Source: Enterococcus phage AllMyExes. Taken from it: a DNA stretch of 64,000 bases. Below are positions 60,189 through 64,000 of the stretch, piece after piece. The stretch's first letter is position 1; every line of letters begins with the position of its first letter. Made by a program: the position numbers and the translations under genes. The DNA is taken from the sequence record PV544171.1; one strand, written 5' to 3'. Below the pieces are notes generated by a model, which worked only from the letters and a program-made list of their open reading frames with translations, did no database searches and was not told the origin of the DNA.

Positions 60189-60821
60189 ATGAGGTATACA
60201 CTAGAAGATTTACATGCAGGTATGAAACTACGCTGTACAGATGATAAAGAGTTTAGCCATTGGACTACTGGTAAAATCTATGAGCTAAAGGAAGACCCTG
60301 CAGGTCGCATGTATATTAGGGACGACAACGGAGGGAAAGTCTGTGATACAAGCATCTTATCACGTTTAAATGGCAACACAGGGAACGCAGAATTTGAGGT
60401 TGTTGCTAAGGTGATAAAGGATACAGGTTACACAGAAGAAGACCTTGAAGAAGGGATGTTACTTCACTGTAAAGATGATATGAACCTCCCATGGTGGGCT
60501 ACAGGGCAAACCTATGAAATCTATAAGGGTGAAAAAGGAATTTTATTTACTAAGTCAGGAGACGGTAACCAATACTGTGCTAAAGAAATAGTAGCTCGAT
60601 TAAATGGTGGTGCAAGCGGGTCTTTTGAATTACTAGAAAGACCACATAAAGCAGAGTTGGAAAAGAAAGTAGAAGCAAGAATTAAGGAACTAGAAAAAGA
60701 GAAACGGCGTTTATTCGACAAGCAACAGCAACTTAAGGTGGAAGAAAGTGAAGTAGCTGTAGAAATCAGTAAACTACGTGAAGCATTAAAAGCAATTGAC
60801 ATACTAAGAGAATTTGAATAA
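60189..60821 (+). CDS. hypothetical protein with internal tandem duplication (~65 aa x2) and coiled-coil C-terminus
   Basis: DLHAGMKLRCTDDKEFSHWTTGKIYEL...CDTSILSRLNG aligns with DLEEGMLLHCKDDMNLPWWATGQTYEI...CAKEIVARLNG. Confidence 0.45.
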   Translation: MRYTLEDLHAGMKLRCTDDKEFSHWTTGKIYELKEDPAGRMYIRDDNGGKVCDTSILSRLNGNTGNAEFEVVAKVIKDTGYTEEDLEEGMLLHCKDDMNLPWWATGQTYEIYKGEKGILFTKSGDGNQYCAKEIVARLNGGASGSFELLERPHKAELEKKVEARIKELEKEKRRLFDKQQQLKVEESEVAVEISKLREALKAIDILREFE

Positions 60822-60846
60822 GAATCACTATAGGAGGCTAACAAGG

Positions 60847-61731
60847 ATGGGAAGAGTATCAGTATATTTTCTAAATAGCAGAAATATTATGGATGAGGAT
60901 GAGACAAAGCGTACTTATCATGGAACATTTAACTCGATGAAAGAAGCAGAGCAGTCAGTTCGTGACTGGTGGAAAGCAAATGACTTTAAGTGTAGTACCC
61001 TTAGAATTATTGAAGGTACTGAGGATGGGATTGTTCGTTGGGACTACGGAAACCATACTGGGTTCTATCTATTTGTACCAGAAGGTGCTGTAGTAAAATA
61101 CACAATCCGTGAAGGCGCTAAGAAACCAAAACGAGGAAGAGAAAATGATGTAGCACATGACTTATTTACAGCAGACGATGGGGTGGTTATTCCCGGGAGA
61201 TTAGGTTCAAATGTTATTTCTACTGGAATAAAAACATCGTTTGACCCCAAACAATATGGTTTATTCATTAACCCTCGAGGTGGTATGATGAAATACCCAA
61301 TCACTTTAGGAAACACACAAGGTGTAGTGGAAGGGGAATATCGTGGAGAGGTTGGTTTGCCACTTAAAAATACGTTCTCTTTACAATTAGATGCAAGAGC
61401 TGTTTCTAAGAACGTTTTAACAATCAATGAAGAAGGTAAACTTATTAACATCCCAGTAACAGTAGCTCGGTCAATGTATCCAAGCTTCAATACTCTTTAT
61501 GAAAAACAGCTAGAGAAGCTAAGTGAGGAACTACAGCTAGTCTATGGAGGAGAAGTTAGAATATCTAATGCTGATGAGTATGTGGTTGCGGGAACACTAT
61601 TTATCCCAAAAGGCACTCGTTTATGCCAAGCTTTCTTACTACCACGATACGACACACAGTTTGTTGAAGTATCAGCGTTAGGCACAACTGAACGAGGAGA
61701 AGGCGCATATGGTTCATCTGGGGTGGTATAG
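60847..61731 (+). CDS. dut: dUTPase (trimeric type, all five motifs) with N-terminal extension and an insertion between motifs III and IV
   Basis: Motif I AHDLFT, II PRGG, III GVVEGEYRGE, IV RLCQAF, V RGEGAYGSSG. Start moved to the ATG 8 nt after AGGAGG (the track start at 60814 has no RBS). Confidence 0.6.
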   Translation: MGRVSVYFLNSRNIMDEDETKRTYHGTFNSMKEAEQSVRDWWKANDFKCSTLRIIEGTEDGIVRWDYGNHTGFYLFVPEGAVVKYTIREGAKKPKRGRENDVAHDLFTADDGVVIPGRLGSNVISTGIKTSFDPKQYGLFINPRGGMMKYPITLGNTQGVVEGEYRGEVGLPLKNTFSLQLDARAVSKNVLTINEEGKLINIPVTVARSMYPSFNTLYEKQLEKLSEELQLVYGGEVRISNADEYVVAGTLFIPKGTRLCQAFLLPRYDTQFVEVSALGTTERGEGAYGSSGVV

Positions 61732-61733
61732 CC

Positions 61734-61964
61734 ATGCTCATCCCAGAATTTAAACCACCATTATTGTACGTTATGGGTAGCTTTTCTGTTATGTTAGAAA
61801 AACACCAGTGCAGTGTAACTTTTGATTTAAGAGAGCCTTATTTAGGTACCTCTTACGATAAAATAGTGAAGCTTATTAAAATGACTTACCCAAACTACAG
61901 CTTAACTTATGTAGGGATGACAGATAATAAATATAAGTTCACATTAAAGAATAAGGAGGACTAG
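61734..61964 (+). CDS. hypothetical protein
   Basis: 76 aa, translationally coupled. Confidence 0.4.
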   Translation: MLIPEFKPPLLYVMGSFSVMLEKHQCSVTFDLREPYLGTSYDKIVKLIKMTYPNYSLTYVGMTDNKYKFTLKNKED

Positions 61965-61965
61965 C

Positions 61966-62274
61966 ATGTACACCAAGAAAGAAGAAGTAGTAACAGTTAA
62001 ACACCTAGTTGATAAAGAGCAAATTAGAGTAGGGGACATAGTAGGTTACAAAAAGATTATTAGAGGGTTCGATGCAAAAAGAGTAAAAGACACACTCTCA
62101 GTAACAAATCAAATAGGTGTAGTTTCTCGTGTATGTGACGAGTATATTACTGTTCATGACTTTTTTGATAAATGCTCACGAGAAATATGGGCAAAGACAT
62201 TTGAAAATTTAGAAGTTCGCAAAATAGAGGACGGCAACAGCCTACTACGGAGGTACGAAAATGAATTTCGTTGA
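61966..62274 (+). CDS. hypothetical protein
   Basis: 102 aa. Confidence 0.4.
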   Translation: MYTKKEEVVTVKHLVDKEQIRVGDIVGYKKIIRGFDAKRVKDTLSVTNQIGVVSRVCDEYITVHDFFDKCSREIWAKTFENLEVRKIEDGNSLLRRYENEFR

Positions 62275-62572
62275 TTATTTTAATCAGATGCAGAATTTAG
62301 TGATTGAAGAAAAAACAGATGAGTATGTTTTACTAGAGAAAGAACATGGTCAAAAGTATGTGACATATCAAGAGCTAGAAGGAGCGTTAAGCACAGTAGC
62401 ACGCAACACTGCATTTATGGTAGAGAATTATAACCTTATGCAAGATATTAATTTAAAAATTGTATTGAAAAAATTAAAAGACAGTGGTACAATTACAGAA
62501 GAGCTTGAAAAAGAGATTCTTAAAGAGTTCAAAAATATTGAAAGTTTAATGGAGGACGAAACATATGAGTAA
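62261..62572 (+). CDS. hypothetical protein
   Basis: 103 aa, overlapping the upstream gene by 14 nt. Confidence 0.4.
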   Translation: MNFVDYFNQMQNLVIEEKTDEYVLLEKEHGQKYVTYQELEGALSTVARNTAFMVENYNLMQDINLKIVLKKLKDSGTITEELEKEILKEFKNIESLMEDETYE

Positions 62573-62936
62573 AGAGAGTAAACGCAACAAACGTATCGGG
62601 GAGTTATCGGAAGCAGACATGAGAGTGTGGGCTGAGTGGTTAGCCACAGGGCAGGTTCATGATAAAAACCACCAAAAACAGTTAGAACGCTTAAGTAAAC
62701 GTTCAGTATCATTATCTGATGTAACTACTATTGTCGAATTTATGGGCAAACGGAATGATGGTTATATTTCTTCTTTAATTGAACAGCAGGCTGTATTTGA
62801 CAATTTATTAACAAAACTAGGTGTAACGGAAGAAAACCGCTTAGAGGCTAAGGCAGAGTATGAAAAAGAGTTGAATGCTATTCAAGAAAAAATCCAAAAA
62901 GAGTTAGAGTCTATTAAAGAAAATAAAGAAAAATAA
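62565..62936 (+). CDS. hypothetical protein (coiled-coil C-terminus)
   Basis: 123 aa. Confidence 0.4.
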   Translation: MSKESKRNKRIGELSEADMRVWAEWLATGQVHDKNHQKQLERLSKRSVSLSDVTTIVEFMGKRNDGYISSLIEQQAVFDNLLTKLGVTEENRLEAKAEYEKELNAIQEKIQKELESIKENKEK

Positions 62937-62955
62937 TATGAAAGAGGTTAGCTGA

Positions 62956-63624
62956 ATGACAGACTACAGCGCAGTAGGCAAGAAAAGTCGTAACAAAGGC
63001 GGACGTTTTGAACGTCAAATGGCTAAAGAACTCACAGAGTGGTGGGGATATGAGTTTAACCGAGTACCTGCTTCTGGGGGGCTTCACTGGGCTTCTAGTA
63101 ATAACGTTGCCGGGGACATTGTAGTCCCTAGCGATGCTAACTTCCCATTTGTTATAGAATGTAAAAATCGTGAAGACTGGACGATTGAAAACTTGTTCTT
63201 AAATAACAAAGAAATTAAGAACTGGTGGGCGCAAGTTGTGGGGGATGCAAAAGAAACGAAAAATATCCCACTACTTATATTTACTAGAAACAGAGCAAAG
63301 AATTTTGTTACTATGGCATATAATGAAAAACTTGTTAATGAGATTGAAAAAAGAGGTTACCCTTTGATGGTCTCTAACATAACATATGTAGACGACTACA
63401 AGGATACTCATTGTTACAAGACATTTACTACAGTTTTAGATGCAATAACTAGCTTTAAGCCTTATGGTAGCAAAGACAAAGACTACTTTTTATTTTATTT
63501 TCCTAGTGACTATAACTGGGAAGATAGTCTAGTTTATGAAACAACCATAATGGATGATGCTAAACAAATGGATGCAGAGGATTCACTAGATGCACTAGTT
63601 AATTCTTATTTAGGAGGAGAATAG
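62956..63624 (+). CDS. PD-(D/E)xK nuclease; putative Holliday junction resolvase (Hjc/RecU-like core) with C-terminal extension
   Basis: N-terminal KGGRFERQMAKEL (Gly...FER signature of Hjc/RecU-type resolvases), then GDIVV...FVIECK (D...ExK). Confidence 0.45.
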   Translation: MTDYSAVGKKSRNKGGRFERQMAKELTEWWGYEFNRVPASGGLHWASSNNVAGDIVVPSDANFPFVIECKNREDWTIENLFLNNKEIKNWWAQVVGDAKETKNIPLLIFTRNRAKNFVTMAYNEKLVNEIEKRGYPLMVSNITYVDDYKDTHCYKTFTTVLDAITSFKPYGSKDKDYFLFYFPSDYNWEDSLVYETTIMDDAKQMDAEDSLDALVNSYLGGE

Positions 63625-63625
63625 T

Positions 63626-63925
63626 ATGGCTAAAACATATCAGGAAGCTCTAGCAACAGTACAGTCGTATCTCGAATCAGATAGTGTAATGAAAGAAACC
63701 TCAAGTATATCTGTTAGTTTCTCAGCTAACTGGACAGGTGAGCGGGAAGACTACGTTATTGATACATTGACATACGACATTGATTTACGAGTATTCAGCT
63801 TAGAAACTGCACATGTTGTAGCTATAGGGAAGAAACTACCTCAAGATAGCAATGAGCATGCTGAACTCCTTAAAAGACTTAAAAAAGAATTTAAACAAGC
63901 TTCTAAAAAACTACGGGAGGACTAG
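63626..63925 (+). CDS. hypothetical protein
   Basis: 99 aa. Confidence 0.4.
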   Translation: MAKTYQEALATVQSYLESDSVMKETSSISVSFSANWTGEREDYVIDTLTYDIDLRVFSLETAHVVAIGKKLPQDSNEHAELLKRLKKEFKQASKKLRED

Positions 63926-63930
63926 AGTAG

Positions 63931-64000
63931 ATGATAGACAACGTTAATAGCCCTAGTCATTATACGCAAGGAGAAATAGAGGTAATAGAGGTTATAGAAT
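63931..64000 (+). CDS. partial ORF at window edge (MIDNVNSPSHYTQGEIEVIEVIE...)
   Basis: ATG after RBS GGAGGACTAGAGTAG. Runs off the window. Confidence 0.3.
   Translation, partial: MIDNVNSPSHYTQGEIEVIEVIE

Noticed and set aside
1-64000. CRISPR arrays, integrase/recombinase, rRNA
   Set aside because: No direct-repeat/spacer architecture and no tyrosine or serine recombinase motifs were seen. The only repeats are the IR elements and intron duplications described above.

Overview
This 64 kb window reads as the structural and replication core of a large virulent myovirus of a low-GC Gram-positive host (35-38% GC; Shine-Dalgarno sites of the AGGAGG type). Gene order and motifs resemble the SPO1/Twort-like (Herelleviridae) layout, but this is inferred from memory of motifs, not from a search. 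From left to right: (1) two minus-strand tRNA-like elements, then leftward small membrane-protein genes; (2) a large terminase subunit gene split into three exons by two group I introns (P, Q, R and S elements are visible), each intron carrying a paralogous homing endonuclease (tandem zinc ribbons plus a Vsr/EDxHD-like nuclease domain); (3) a morphogenesis block: amidase endolysin, a secreted LysM protein with an Apf-like C-terminal domain, portal, prohead protease, acidic scaffold, major capsid protein, head-completion genes, tail sheath, tail tube, chaperone candidates, a 1220-aa tape measure with an SLT domain, a 1061-aa tail lysin (M23 plus NlpC/P60), baseplate proteins (gp25/W-like, J-like) and several large fibre/receptor-binding proteins carrying repeated carbohydrate-binding-like modules; (4) a replication/recombination block: SF2 DEAH helicase, HTH Rep-like protein, DnaB-like helicase, Mre11/SbcD-like nuclease, Rad50/SbcC-like ATPase, primase, a dUTPase with extra domains, and a Hjc/RecU-like resolvase. 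Features outside the ORF track include three copies of a ~125-bp inverted-repeat-bounded AT-rich element, a recurrent 11-mer TGCTATATTAA upstream of late genes, a recurrent extended -10 (TGTGGTATAAT), two paralogous 48-aa ORFs absent from the ORF track, and a 21-aa motif shared by the prohead protease and the capsid N-terminus. No CRISPR array, integrase or rRNA was seen.
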